Below, piece after piece: positions 1 to 8,809 of a stretch of DNA of 42,970 bases. How positions within the stretch are numbered: the first letter of the stretch is position 1; every line of letters starts with the position of its first letter. The notes under the pieces are model-generated. The model worked only from the letters and a program-made list of their open reading frames with translations. It was not told where the DNA came from and did not search any database. The DNA is taken from the NCBI GenBank assembly GCA_038065795.1, contig JBBTQG010000013.1, forward strand, positions 1 through 42,970. The letters are read 5' to 3'. The position numbers were made by a program, and so were the translations under genes. This DNA comes from Patescibacteria group bacterium (GTDB lineage Bacteria; Patescibacteriota; Minisyncoccia; UBA6257; HR35).

Positions 1-93
1 AAGTTGACTATTTTATTACATGCGATTATGATTTAATCAAAAGATATAAGGGAGATTTAAAGGTTGTAGCCCTATTAAATTTTTTTCAAGAAT

Positions 94-300
94 ATGGCAA
101 TTATAAAAATAAATAAGAAACCACTTATTCAGACGGCGTTTGAGGTATTGTTGAAAAATTTAGGTCCAAGCAAAACTACAGAATTGTGGCAGGTATTTAC
201 TTTACCGCAAGACAATTATTTAACAGTTAGAAAAAAACTTTTTAACAATAAATCACTTCCTAGTGTTTGGAATGAAGCAAAAAAATTTAATAAAAAATAA
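94..300 (+). CDS. hypothetical small basic protein (68 aa)
   Basis: Complete ATG..TAA ORF in the track; Lys-rich; no motif I can name. Confidence 0.35.
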   Translation: MAIIKINKKPLIQTAFEVLLKNLGPSKTTELWQVFTLPQDNYLTVRKKLFNNKSLPSVWNEAKKFNKK

Positions 301-380
301 TTAAAATAAAAAAATATAAGTCGCAAATATCGTAATTAACAAAATCAAAATTCTTACGAGTAAGTTCTCGTATCGTTTCC

Positions 381-445
381 GCGTGAGTCCGCGTTAAGTC
401 TGCCCGCTTCGGATCGCCGAAGGCGAGGCGAGCGTGAGTCCGCGT
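381..445. repeat. GC-rich island: 14-nt direct repeat GCGTGAGTCCGCGT (381-394, 432-445) bracketing the hairpin CTTCGG-ATCG-CCGAAG (407-422)
   Basis: Read directly; lies between convergent ORFs 94..300(+) and 557..940(-); GC content far above the flanks. Confidence 0.6.
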
Positions 446-556
446 ACATATGAAAATGCAAAAAAACACATCAACAATCCTCGCAGTAATTCTAATCTAA
501 AAACAGCGGCTCTAAGGTGCGGTTTTTAGGTGGTTTGATAAAAATTTCAAATCCGC

Positions 557-940
557 TTATTCTAATATCTCATTTAGGAATTTTTTGATGCCTGTGGTTG
601 ACATTGGGACAAGGTGGATATTTTTTACATTTTGAGACATTAGAAGTCCTGTGTTTTGTTTTTCTATCAATAAAATTTGAATATTAGGCGCTTGAAATTT
701 TTTTGCTAAACTCCAAAAATGCGCTCGTTCTTTTGGGGTTAATTTATTACTTTTTGTTTGCCAGAAAAGATATTTTTTCTTTGCAGGAAAAAAAGTTAAT
801 CCGTCAAAAAGCGCCCAAAAATCTTTGGGCATAAATCTAAGCATTGGTTTTAGCTCTGTCATACAACTTGGATAGCATTTTTTTAAAGTGTCTCTGAATA
901 ATTTTTCAAGTCTTTTACCCTTCCCAACTTTATTAACCAT
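557..940 (-). CDS. hypothetical protein (127 aa); weak PD-(D/E)xK-like pattern only
   Basis: Complete ORF; N-terminal GKGKRLEKLFRDTLKK, then D...FWQTK, loosely resembles Hjc/RecU-type nuclease cores; not diagnostic. Confidence 0.4.
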   Translation of the reverse strand: MVNKVGKGKRLEKLFRDTLKKCYPSCMTELKPMLRFMPKDFWALFDGLTFFPAKKKYLFWQTKSNKLTPKERAHFWSLAKKFQAPNIQILLIEKQNTGLLMSQNVKNIHLVPMSTTGIKKFLNEILE

Positions 941-962
941 AATTTCACGATATAATTATTAA

Positions 963-1628
963 ATGTCCGAAGAGGTAATTATAACAGAAAGTCCGCTTGA
1001 AATAATTTTTCAGTTGTTGGAGAAAAAGCACCTGGATTTTTCAAGTATTAGTTTGGTAAAAATAACAGACGATTTTTTGTATTATATTCAGGAAAAAAAT
1101 ATTGAAACAATTGCGGTTGGCGATTATTTGGAAGCTCTAAGTAAATTACTGCTTTTAAAAATTAATCACATTTTGAAAATAATTGAGCCAGAGCCTGAAA
1201 TAAGAATTAATCTTGAAAGATATAAATTTGTTAGACAGGCGAGAAATAAACTTAAAAATTTGTGGCTCGCTGGTCCTATTATTTTATCATCGCAAAAATT
1301 AACTTCAAAATTAATTTTTATCGCTCCGAAAATAACAATTAACGATTTAATGACTGGATTGAGTTTGTTAATGGAAGAACCAATAGTTGAAGAAAAGGAA
1401 ATTGTGTTGAAGAAAAAGATTCACATAAAAAATGCGCTGAAAATTTTGGAAGAGATTTTAAAAAAAGAAAAAGAAATTGTGCTTCAAGACACATTTAAAG
1501 AAAAAGGTTTTTTGATAGTGATATTTTTGGCGTCGCTTTTGCTTTATGGGGAACAAGCGATACAGATGGAACAAGAGAATATATTTGATAAAATAATAAT
1601 AAGGAGTAATCGCGAATATACGAATTAA
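963..1628 (+). CDS. scpA: segregation and condensation protein A
   Basis: ScpA-type N-terminus SPLEIIFQLLEKKHLDFSSISLVKITDDFLYYI; directly precedes scpB. Confidence 0.8.
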   Translation: MSEEVIITESPLEIIFQLLEKKHLDFSSISLVKITDDFLYYIQEKNIETIAVGDYLEALSKLLLLKINHILKIIEPEPEIRINLERYKFVRQARNKLKNLWLAGPIILSSQKLTSKLIFIAPKITINDLMTGLSLLMEEPIVEEKEIVLKKKIHIKNALKILEEILKKEKEIVLQDTFKEKGFLIVIFLASLLLYGEQAIQMEQENIFDKIIIRSNREYTN

Positions 1629-1673
1629 CGCAAATATACGAATAAGTAAAGGGAGTAATCGCGGATTAAAATA

Positions 1674-2174
1674 ATGAAACAGGAAGTTAATCTATTGGAA
1701 GCAATACTTTTGGCGGCGAGCGCGCCGATTAAAAAGTCAAAATTAGCTAAAATTATTCTAGATTTTGAATTAGTTTTAAATGAGTTGAAAGAATCTTTGT
1801 CGGAGCATGGTATTCAGATTTTTGAGTCAGAAAACGAGATTGAATTAACTACAAGAGAAGAATTTGGCGAACAATTGAAAGAATTTTTCAAATTAGAAAG
1901 TGAGGAGTTATCCACATCATTAGTTGAAGTTTTGTCTATAATATCATATGCGGGACCGATAAGTCGTTCTGGAATTGAAAAAATACGGGGAATTAATTCT
2001 GTATATTCATTAAAAAGACTTTTGATAGTCGGATTAATTGAAAAAGTTTATAATTCACAAAGAAAAAATATAGTTCTTTATAAACCAAGCGGAGAATTTT
2101 TGAAGCATTTGGGAATCACAGCAGTAGAATCATTGCCAAATTATTTTGAATTTCGTAAAAATATAATTGGCTAA
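1674..2174 (+). CDS. scpB: segregation and condensation protein B
   Basis: LEAILLAASAPIKKSKLAKI and GPISRSGIEKIRGINSVYSLKRLLIVGLIE winged-helix pattern typical of ScpB; follows scpA. Confidence 0.8.
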   Translation: MKQEVNLLEAILLAASAPIKKSKLAKIILDFELVLNELKESLSEHGIQIFESENEIELTTREEFGEQLKEFFKLESEELSTSLVEVLSIISYAGPISRSGIEKIRGINSVYSLKRLLIVGLIEKVYNSQRKNIVLYKPSGEFLKHLGITAVESLPNYFEFRKNIIG

Positions 2175-2187
2175 CAAATAAAATAAA

Positions 2188-3075
2188 ATGAAAGAAGGAT
2201 TTTTATCATTATTTATTTTCGCAAATATTTTCAACTGGTTGAATTGGGGCGGAAAATTTGAACAACCAAAATCCGTTCCGAGAAATAAAATTCAAGCGTC
2301 TATTTTTGATGTGAGTAGTTTTAAATTGGTTGCGAAAAAATTACCGATGGAAGTTGCTGAACAAATCACAGCGACAAATGTTTTGGTTAGAGAATTAGGT
2401 AGCGGAGTTGTATATGAAAAGAACGCGCAAGAATCAAAATCAATCGCATCAATTACAAAGTTAATGACAGCTTTGATTTCATATCAAATTTATGAAGAAG
2501 ATGAAAAATTTAAAATTAGCGCAGATGCCATAGAAGTAGAAGGAGAGGCGGGCGGGTTTTTAAGTGGTGAAATTTTTAAAAGAAATGATTTGATAAAAAC
2601 CGCTCTCATTGGTTCTTCAAACGATGCGGCGTTTGCGTTAGCTGAAAAAAATGAACTAGAAAAATTTATACAACTAATGAACTTAAAAGCAAAAGAATTA
2701 AAAATGACAGAAACGCAGTTTGTAGATTCGGTTGGACTTTCAAAATATAATAAATCCTCATTAGATGATTTATATAATTTAGTTGAGTACACATCTCGCA
2801 CGGCGCCAGAAATTTTTAATTTTTCAAAAACCGAAAAATTTTTGTTATCTGGAAAATACAAGCGAACAATAGAAAATTTGGACTATCTAATCCCGCTTTA
2901 TAAGGGTTATATAATAGCTTCAAAAACAGGATTTACTCCTGAAGCTGGCGAGTGTTTAATTTTAGTTTTAAAATTTGAAAAATCCTCGTTTTTGTTTGTG
3001 GGAATTTTAAATTCAAAAAATCGCTTTGAAGACGCCGAAAGACTAATAATTTCATTGAGAGAACTTTATAAATAA
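2188..3075 (+). CDS. D-alanyl-D-alanine carboxypeptidase (S11 penicillin-binding protein)
   Basis: SxxK (SITK), SxN (SSND) and KTG (SKTGFT) motifs in canonical order; N-terminal hydrophobic anchor. Confidence 0.8.
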   Translation: MKEGFLSLFIFANIFNWLNWGGKFEQPKSVPRNKIQASIFDVSSFKLVAKKLPMEVAEQITATNVLVRELGSGVVYEKNAQESKSIASITKLMTALISYQIYEEDEKFKISADAIEVEGEAGGFLSGEIFKRNDLIKTALIGSSNDAAFALAEKNELEKFIQLMNLKAKELKMTETQFVDSVGLSKYNKSSLDDLYNLVEYTSRTAPEIFNFSKTEKFLLSGKYKRTIENLDYLIPLYKGYIIASKTGFTPEAGECLILVLKFEKSSFLFVGILNSKNRFEDAERLIISLRELYK

Positions 3076-3108
3076 AAAAATAAAATGTAGTTTTTAGTGT
3101 TGCAAAAA

Positions 3109-3660
3109 TTATTCTATCAACATTTTTTGGGGGATATTGAGTTTATCAGGAGTTGTTTCACAAAGTTTTTGTAAAATTTTTTCAAATTGTTTTTTTGATT
3201 TATTAAAAAGTTTTAATTCATCTTCTCGGAGTTTTTTTAGGATTATATCCATAGCGGGTTTTCGTTTTTTGCCTTGAATTCCAATTCTTAATCTCCAAAA
3301 ATTCCATGATTTTAAAACTTTTCGCGCCGACTCAACACCTTTATGTCCGGCTGATTTTTTGCCAAAAGAAAATTTGAGCCAAAGAAGTGGCAAGTCGGCT
3401 TCATCATGAACTATCATTATTTCTTCCGGTTTTAATTTTAGCTTTTTTTGAAGTTCTCCTATTGCTTTTCCGCTTTCATTCATAAAAACATTTCCATATC
3501 CGATAAATATTTTACCGAATTTGCCATAAACAGCGTTCTGGGTTTCAAGTGGCTTGTCAATATATTTTGAAATTAAATCTTTGCCAAAATTATGGCGTGT
3601 ATTTTCGTATTCTTTCTCGGGATTTCCAAGCCCAAAAATAAGTTTGATTTTTTTTGGCAT
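3109..3660 (-). CDS. pth: peptidyl-tRNA hydrolase
   Basis: IFGLGNPEKEYENTRHNFG N-terminal signature; 183 aa. Confidence 0.9.
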   Translation of the reverse strand: MPKKIKLIFGLGNPEKEYENTRHNFGKDLISKYIDKPLETQNAVYGKFGKIFIGYGNVFMNESGKAIGELQKKLKLKPEEIMIVHDEADLPLLWLKFSFGKKSAGHKGVESARKVLKSWNFWRLRIGIQGKKRKPAMDIILKKLREDELKLFNKSKKQFEKILQKLCETTPDKLNIPQKMLIE

Positions 3661-3670
3661 TAGTTTTTAT

Positions 3671-3699
3671 TTGATTTTCAGTAAATTTTGCGGTATAAT
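3671..3699 (+). promoter_or_regulatory. sigma70-type promoter candidate TTGATT-17 nt-TATAAT upstream of lepB
   Basis: TTGATT 3671-3676, 17-nt spacer, TATAAT 3694-3699; ATG at 3714. Confidence 0.45.
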
Positions 3700-3713
3700 T
3701 ACACTATATTATA

Positions 3714-4262
3714 ATGCTTAAACTTAAATTTTTGCAATTTTTAGAGGTTGTTTTATTGGTAATTCTTATTGTCCTGCCAGTGCGTTTGTTTCTATTTGAG
3801 CCGTTTTTTGTTTTAGGCGATAGTATGTTGCCGAATTATGAAAATTATGATTATTTAATTATAGAGAAAGTTTCGTATAAATTAAGGAGTCCACAAAGGG
3901 AAGATGTCGTAATTTTTAGACCTCCAGTAAATTTAAGAGCTTATTATATTAAAAGGGTAATAGGTTTGCCGGAAGAAACAATAAAAATTGAAGATGGAAA
4001 AATTTATGTTTTAAATTCTGAATATCCAAAAGGATTTTTAATGAATGAAGCATATCTTCCATTACAATCAACGCCGGGAAATTATGAATTTAAGCTCAAC
4101 AAAGATGAATATTTTGTTTTGGGTGATAACAGAGATGAAAGCTATGATTCTAGAAAATGGGGACCAATACACAAACAACAAATCGCAGGGAGAGTGTTAA
4201 TAAGAGTGATGCCTATGCGTGAAATTGTAAAAATAATTAAAATTGGTTTTGCTCGTCAATAA
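3714..4262 (+). CDS. lepB: signal peptidase I
   Basis: N-terminal TM; S26 motifs GDSMLPN and GDNRDESYDSR. Confidence 0.9.
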   Translation: MLKLKFLQFLEVVLLVILIVLPVRLFLFEPFFVLGDSMLPNYENYDYLIIEKVSYKLRSPQREDVVIFRPPVNLRAYYIKRVIGLPEETIKIEDGKIYVLNSEYPKGFLMNEAYLPLQSTPGNYEFKLNKDEYFVLGDNRDESYDSRKWGPIHKQQIAGRVLIRVMPMREIVKIIKIGFARQ

Positions 4263-4274
4263 TATAAATTCATT

Positions 4275-5537
4275 ATGAAATCAGTAATTCAAACTCCGAG
4301 AGGTATGGTAGATTTGCTTCCTGAAAGCGCCGATTATTTTTTAGCGTTACAGGATGCGATTTTGAAATTGGCTAATTCGTATAATTTTCAATACATAAGA
4401 ACTCCTGTTATTGAAAATGAAAAAGTTTTTACTTCAAGTTTGGGCGAGTCGACTGATGTTGTTGAAAAAGAAATGTATTATTTAAAAGGTTCAGATAAAA
4501 GTGATAAGCTTGTTTTGCGACCAGAAGGAACAGCTGGGGTTATGAGAGCATATTTACAAAATGGGATGCATTCATGGAGCCAACCGGTAAAACTTTTTTA
4601 TATTGGGTCAATGTATAGAAGGGAAAGACCGCAGGCTTTAAGATTAAGAGAGCATTTTCAGTGGGGAGCTGAAATTTTGGGTTCAAAAGAACCGATTTGC
4701 GATGCTCAAGTAATGCAATTAATTGATGGCTTATTTAAAAAGTTTAAGCTTAAAGATTATATTTTTAAATTAAATAGTATTGGTTGCTTGGAGGATAGAA
4801 AAAAATATAAAAAAACTCTTTTGAGATATTACAAATCTTATATAAGAAAAGTCTGTGAAGATTGTAAGCGAAGATATAAAACAAATCCATTAAGGCTATT
4901 GGATTGCAAAAATGAAGTGTGCGTTGAAATTAAACAAAAAGCCCCGACACTTTTAAATCATTTGTGTAAGGAATGCGAATCTCATTTTGGAAAAGTTTTA
5001 GAATATCTTGATGATATGGGAATAACATATGAATTAGACGGAACACTTGTTAGGGGGTTTGATTATTATTCAAGAACGGTTTTTGAAGTGTTTTTTACTG
5101 AAAGAGCGACAGCTGTTGGCGGAGGAGGAAGATATGATTATCTTTCTAAAATGTTAGGAGGACAGGATGTGCCTGCTGTTGGAGTGGCGATTGGCATTGA
5201 AAGATTGATAGAGGTCGTTAAAATGCATCAGGTTAAATTATCTTATTTTAAGAAACCGCAAATATTTTTAGCGCAAGTTAGCGAAGAAGCAAAAAAAGAA
5301 GCCTTGAAGCTTTTTGAAATGCTTATTAAAAATAATCTTCCTGTAAGTGAAGCTTTTGCAAAATCAAGTTTGTCAAGTCAACTGGATTTGGCTGATAAAA
5401 TGGGAGTTAAGTTTACTTTAATAATGGGGCATAAAGAAGTTGGGCAGAAAAATGTGATTGTTAAACATATGCTCACAGGAGACCAGGAAACAATTCCAAC
5501 AGACCAGTTAGTGGAAGAGTTAAAGAGGAGACTATAA
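4275..5537 (+). CDS. hisS: histidine--tRNA ligase
   Basis: Class II HisS motifs LRPEGTAGVMRAY, FQWGAEILG, GGGGRYD; 420 aa. Confidence 0.95.
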   Translation: MKSVIQTPRGMVDLLPESADYFLALQDAILKLANSYNFQYIRTPVIENEKVFTSSLGESTDVVEKEMYYLKGSDKSDKLVLRPEGTAGVMRAYLQNGMHSWSQPVKLFYIGSMYRRERPQALRLREHFQWGAEILGSKEPICDAQVMQLIDGLFKKFKLKDYIFKLNSIGCLEDRKKYKKTLLRYYKSYIRKVCEDCKRRYKTNPLRLLDCKNEVCVEIKQKAPTLLNHLCKECESHFGKVLEYLDDMGITYELDGTLVRGFDYYSRTVFEVFFTERATAVGGGGRYDYLSKMLGGQDVPAVGVAIGIERLIEVVKMHQVKLSYFKKPQIFLAQVSEEAKKEALKLFEMLIKNNLPVSEAFAKSSLSSQLDLADKMGVKFTLIMGHKEVGQKNVIVKHMLTGDQETIPTDQLVEELKRRL

Positions 5538-5540
5538 CGG

Positions 5541-6218
5541 TTATTTAACTATTGTAATAGCTATAATTGTTTTTGCTCCAGCGGTTTTTAAAATTTTTCC
5601 AGCTTCCAAAAGCGTTGCGCCCGTTGTTTTTATATCGTCAATTAAAATTATTTTTTTTGGAGGTTTGTTTTTTGTTTCAAAAACTCCTTCAACATTTTTA
5701 CTCCTCTTTTTTTCTACAAGCGTTCTTTGGGGTTTGTTTATTTTTATTTTTTGAAGAAGCTCAATTACTTCTAAGTTTAGTTCCTCGCCTATTATTTTCG
5801 CTAAAATTTTTGATTGATTAAACCCTCTGCTTAGTTCGTCTTTTTTAGATAATGGAATTGGAACAACGCAAAAATTGTTAAAATTATTTTTTATTGGTTC
5901 TAATTCTTTAGAAATAATTCTGCCAAAATATTTAAAAATTTCAAAAGAACCTCTAAATTTACCCGTTTTTATTAGTTCAGATATTGTTTCATTTTCATAA
6001 TTAGCGAAAGAAATTAATGATTTTATAGATGTTGAGCAACATGCTTTTAAAAAATTTTCAGTATGAGGTCTGCGTCTTTTACATTCTATGCAAAAAATTT
6101 CAAGAGAAAATTCTGTTTCATTAAAACATTGAGCGCAAATATAATCGTTGTCTGTAATTTGAAAACATTTCACGCAAAAAAACGGAGAAAAAATATCTGT
6201 GAAAACTTTTTTAAGCAT
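5541..6218 (-). CDS. comFC: ComF-family phosphoribosyltransferase (competence protein ComFC-like)
   Basis: N-terminal Cys-rich zinc-finger region (CVKC..CAQC..CIEC) plus PRTase motif IILIDDIKTTGATL. Confidence 0.8.
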   Translation of the reverse strand: MLKKVFTDIFSPFFCVKCFQITDNDYICAQCFNETEFSLEIFCIECKRRRPHTENFLKACCSTSIKSLISFANYENETISELIKTGKFRGSFEIFKYFGRIISKELEPIKNNFNNFCVVPIPLSKKDELSRGFNQSKILAKIIGEELNLEVIELLQKIKINKPQRTLVEKKRSKNVEGVFETKNKPPKKIILIDDIKTTGATLLEAGKILKTAGAKTIIAITIVK

Positions 6219-6265
6219 CAGTAGTTAGGTTAATAATTAAAATTAGCATATAATTTTAGCAAGAA

Positions 6266-7309
6266 ATGTTATTTTTTAAAAAAAGAATTTTAGGAATTGA
6301 TTTCGGTTCAAAGTTTGTAAAAATTATTGAATTAGAAAAATCTGGAAGAAATTTAAATTTGGTAAATTATAGCGTTACATCTATTTTATGGGAAGATTCA
6401 TCAAGTTATCCATTGGGGGCAACTCAGCTTTTTGAAGAAAACCTTGCTTCAATTTTAAAAGAAGGAACAAAAGATTTTAAAACCAAAGACGCTATTTTTG
6501 TTTTACCTGCGTCATTTTTATTTTCAACATTTTTTTCTTTGCCAAATATTCCTAAAAAAGCGATACAAGAAACAATTGAATATGAATCCAGAAAATACAT
6601 TCCTTTTGATTCAGATGATATTGAAATTCAGACAAAAATATTTAGTCTCAAAAATCAATATCAACCAGATAAAACAAGAACGGCCGTATTTTTAGTTGGA
6701 ATTCCGAATGGGTTGACAGAAAAACTTAAAACATCCGCGTACATTTCTGGATTGAATTATAAAAAAGGCGAGCCAGAATTTTTTGTATACGAACCGTTTT
6801 TTTATGGCAATTCCGGAGTTTCTGTTTTGGTTCATATGGATTTAAATTATTCATTGATTTATCTTTTTTATAACGGACAGCTTGTTTTTGGTAAAAAATT
6901 AAAATTTAGATTGTATAACTTAATAGATAGTATCTCAAAATTATTAGACACAACTTTTGTAAAAGCTGAAGAATTTTTAGCAGAGAAAAAATTTAATATT
7001 CCAGAAGAAAATAAAGATATAAAAGATGCAGTAAGCGTTCATTTTGGCTCAGTATATAATGAAATTCAAGAAGAAATTAATAATATAGCCGATAAATTTG
7101 GATTTAAAACTGATGGTATTTTTGTAAGCGGGAGCCCAACGGAAATCCCCGGGTTTTTGGAATTTTTTCAAAATTGTTGCGGAAAAATAAAAATTAACGC
7201 TCTTGACCCGTTTTCAAGACTTCAAAATGTTCCAAACAATAGCAATATTTTAAATAAAAGCCCAATTTTTGGCGGCGCTGTTGGGGCGTGTATGAAATAC
7301 CTAAAATAG
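6266..7309 (+). CDS. pilM: type IV pilus assembly protein PilM
   Basis: Actin-like ATPase start ILGIDFGSKFVKIIELEKSG; about 350 aa; heads the pilN/pilO-like genes. Confidence 0.8.
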   Translation: MLFFKKRILGIDFGSKFVKIIELEKSGRNLNLVNYSVTSILWEDSSSYPLGATQLFEENLASILKEGTKDFKTKDAIFVLPASFLFSTFFSLPNIPKKAIQETIEYESRKYIPFDSDDIEIQTKIFSLKNQYQPDKTRTAVFLVGIPNGLTEKLKTSAYISGLNYKKGEPEFFVYEPFFYGNSGVSVLVHMDLNYSLIYLFYNGQLVFGKKLKFRLYNLIDSISKLLDTTFVKAEEFLAEKKFNIPEENKDIKDAVSVHFGSVYNEIQEEINNIADKFGFKTDGIFVSGSPTEIPGFLEFFQNCCGKIKINALDPFSRLQNVPNNSNILNKSPIFGGAVGACMKYLK

Positions 7310-7433
7310 ATTTTAGGCGGTTTTTCAGCATTTTTTGAAGTAGAAACGAAGTATTTTTAAAATTATTTTATATTATAAAATCCCCAAAATGATTTGTTTA
7401 TTTAATTAATCTCGTATAAAATTAATTTATTAG

Positions 7434-7925
7434 ATGAATTACTTACTCAATTTTATACCAAAAAGATTATTAATTTCATTATGTGTAATTCTTTTTATAA
7501 TTTGGGGTTTGAATTATGGTTTGATTTTTTTGAATTCGCGAATAATAGAACAAACTAAAGAAATTCAAAAAAATCAAACACTAGCGATAGAAGATATAAA
7601 AAATAAAATACAAAACGAAAATAGTTATCGCGATTTCGTTCATTTTTTTGCCTTAAAAACACTTTTTGAACAAAAAAAATCAATTACTAACAAAGTTGAT
7701 GAAATATCGCAAATTTTACCAAAAGCATTAAGGGTTAATTCGTTATATTTGTCTAATGTTGATAAATCTTTTGTGGTTAATGGGCAAGTAAATAGCGCCG
7801 AAGAATCTTTTAGGGTTGCTAAATATTTTGACGAATTAAAAGATGTTTCTGGAATAAAAAGAGAACAATCTTTTGGGGTGAATAACAGCGTCTTCATTAA
7901 TATTTCTGGTAAGTTTGTAAAATGA
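7434..7925 (+). CDS. pilN: PilN-like pilus assembly membrane protein
   Basis: Single N-terminal TM then a coiled-coil/alpha-beta region; position between pilM and pilO; ATGA overlap with the next gene. Confidence 0.55.
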   Translation: MNYLLNFIPKRLLISLCVILFIIWGLNYGLIFLNSRIIEQTKEIQKNQTLAIEDIKNKIQNENSYRDFVHFFALKTLFEQKKSITNKVDEISQILPKALRVNSLYLSNVDKSFVVNGQVNSAEESFRVAKYFDELKDVSGIKREQSFGVNNSVFINISGKFVK

Positions 7926-8479
7926 GATTTGCAATAAACATTTTGGTATTAATTCTTTTATTTGAAATTGCGTCCGGAATTTTTTCAGGCATTCTTCCGA
8001 ATTACAGAATACTCTTGACTGAATTAAGCAAAAAGAATAATGAACAACAAAAACTTGAAAAAATTAAAGCCACAAAAGATCTCTTTAACACAATTTCACA
8101 GAGAAGCGAAATAAAAGGATTAGATCTAAGCAGGGATTATTTTGAAATATATTTACCGACAAAGTTTAAAGATTATGAATTAACTGCAATATTATTTCAG
8201 CTTTTAAAGAAAAATGGATTTAGTTTTAAGTCGTTAGATTTCAAGGAAGCGGAAGATATAAAAATTGAAACAATTAATTTACCGCTGATAAAAAAAGTTA
8301 AATTTTCGTTAGTAATTGACGGACAATATAATTCAATTATGAATTTTATTCAGGACTTAGAAAACAATAGCAGAATATTTTATGTTGACAAAATAACATT
8401 AAGTCGCAGTAGTAATGGCGTAAGCGCAAACCTTGAGCTTTCGTCGTTTTATTTAAAACCAATTAAAATATCGCCTTAA
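7922..8479 (+). CDS. pilO: PilO-like pilus assembly membrane protein
   Basis: N-terminal TM, coiled-coil segment, size and position after pilN. Confidence 0.5.
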   Translation: MRFAINILVLILLFEIASGIFSGILPNYRILLTELSKKNNEQQKLEKIKATKDLFNTISQRSEIKGLDLSRDYFEIYLPTKFKDYELTAILFQLLKKNGFSFKSLDFKEAEDIKIETINLPLIKKVKFSLVIDGQYNSIMNFIQDLENNSRIFYVDKITLSRSSNGVSANLELSSFYLKPIKISP

Positions 8480-8492
8480 TTTATAAAATATA

Positions 8493-8792
8493 ATGTCAAT
8501 AATTTTAGAAAAATTTAAAAAATTTAATTTTATAAATGTAATTGCTTTTTTGCTCGGAGTATTTTTGTTTGTTCTTCTTGTGTGGTTAATAATACAGCAA
8601 TTTGGAATTTTTCAGAAACAGACAATTTTTCCGCCAGAAGTTATAGAAATCCAAAGGCAGGTTGGCGTTATGAAAGATTCATCTGTATTAAAAGAATCAA
8701 AAAATCTTGAAAAAATCGTGCCTCCTGCTGAACAAATTAAAATTTTGGAATTAAGTCCCGGAGAAATTGGAAAAAATACTCCGTTTGAATAA
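8493..8792 (+). CDS. small membrane protein of the pilus operon (99 aa)
   Basis: One TM (VIAFLLGVFLFVLLVWLII); sits between pilO and pilB; no nameable family. Confidence 0.4.
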   Translation: MSIILEKFKKFNFINVIAFLLGVFLFVLLVWLIIQQFGIFQKQTIFPPEVIEIQRQVGVMKDSSVLKESKNLEKIVPPAEQIKILELSPGEIGKNTPFE

Positions 8793-8809
8793 ATGAGCTT
8801 ATTTTTATT

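Noticed and set aside
287-469. Minus-strand ORF (60 aa) over the GC-rich island at 370-450
   Set aside because: Its sequence is dominated by the translated direct repeat (TRTHA twice) and AT-rich low-complexity ends. It is most likely non-coding.
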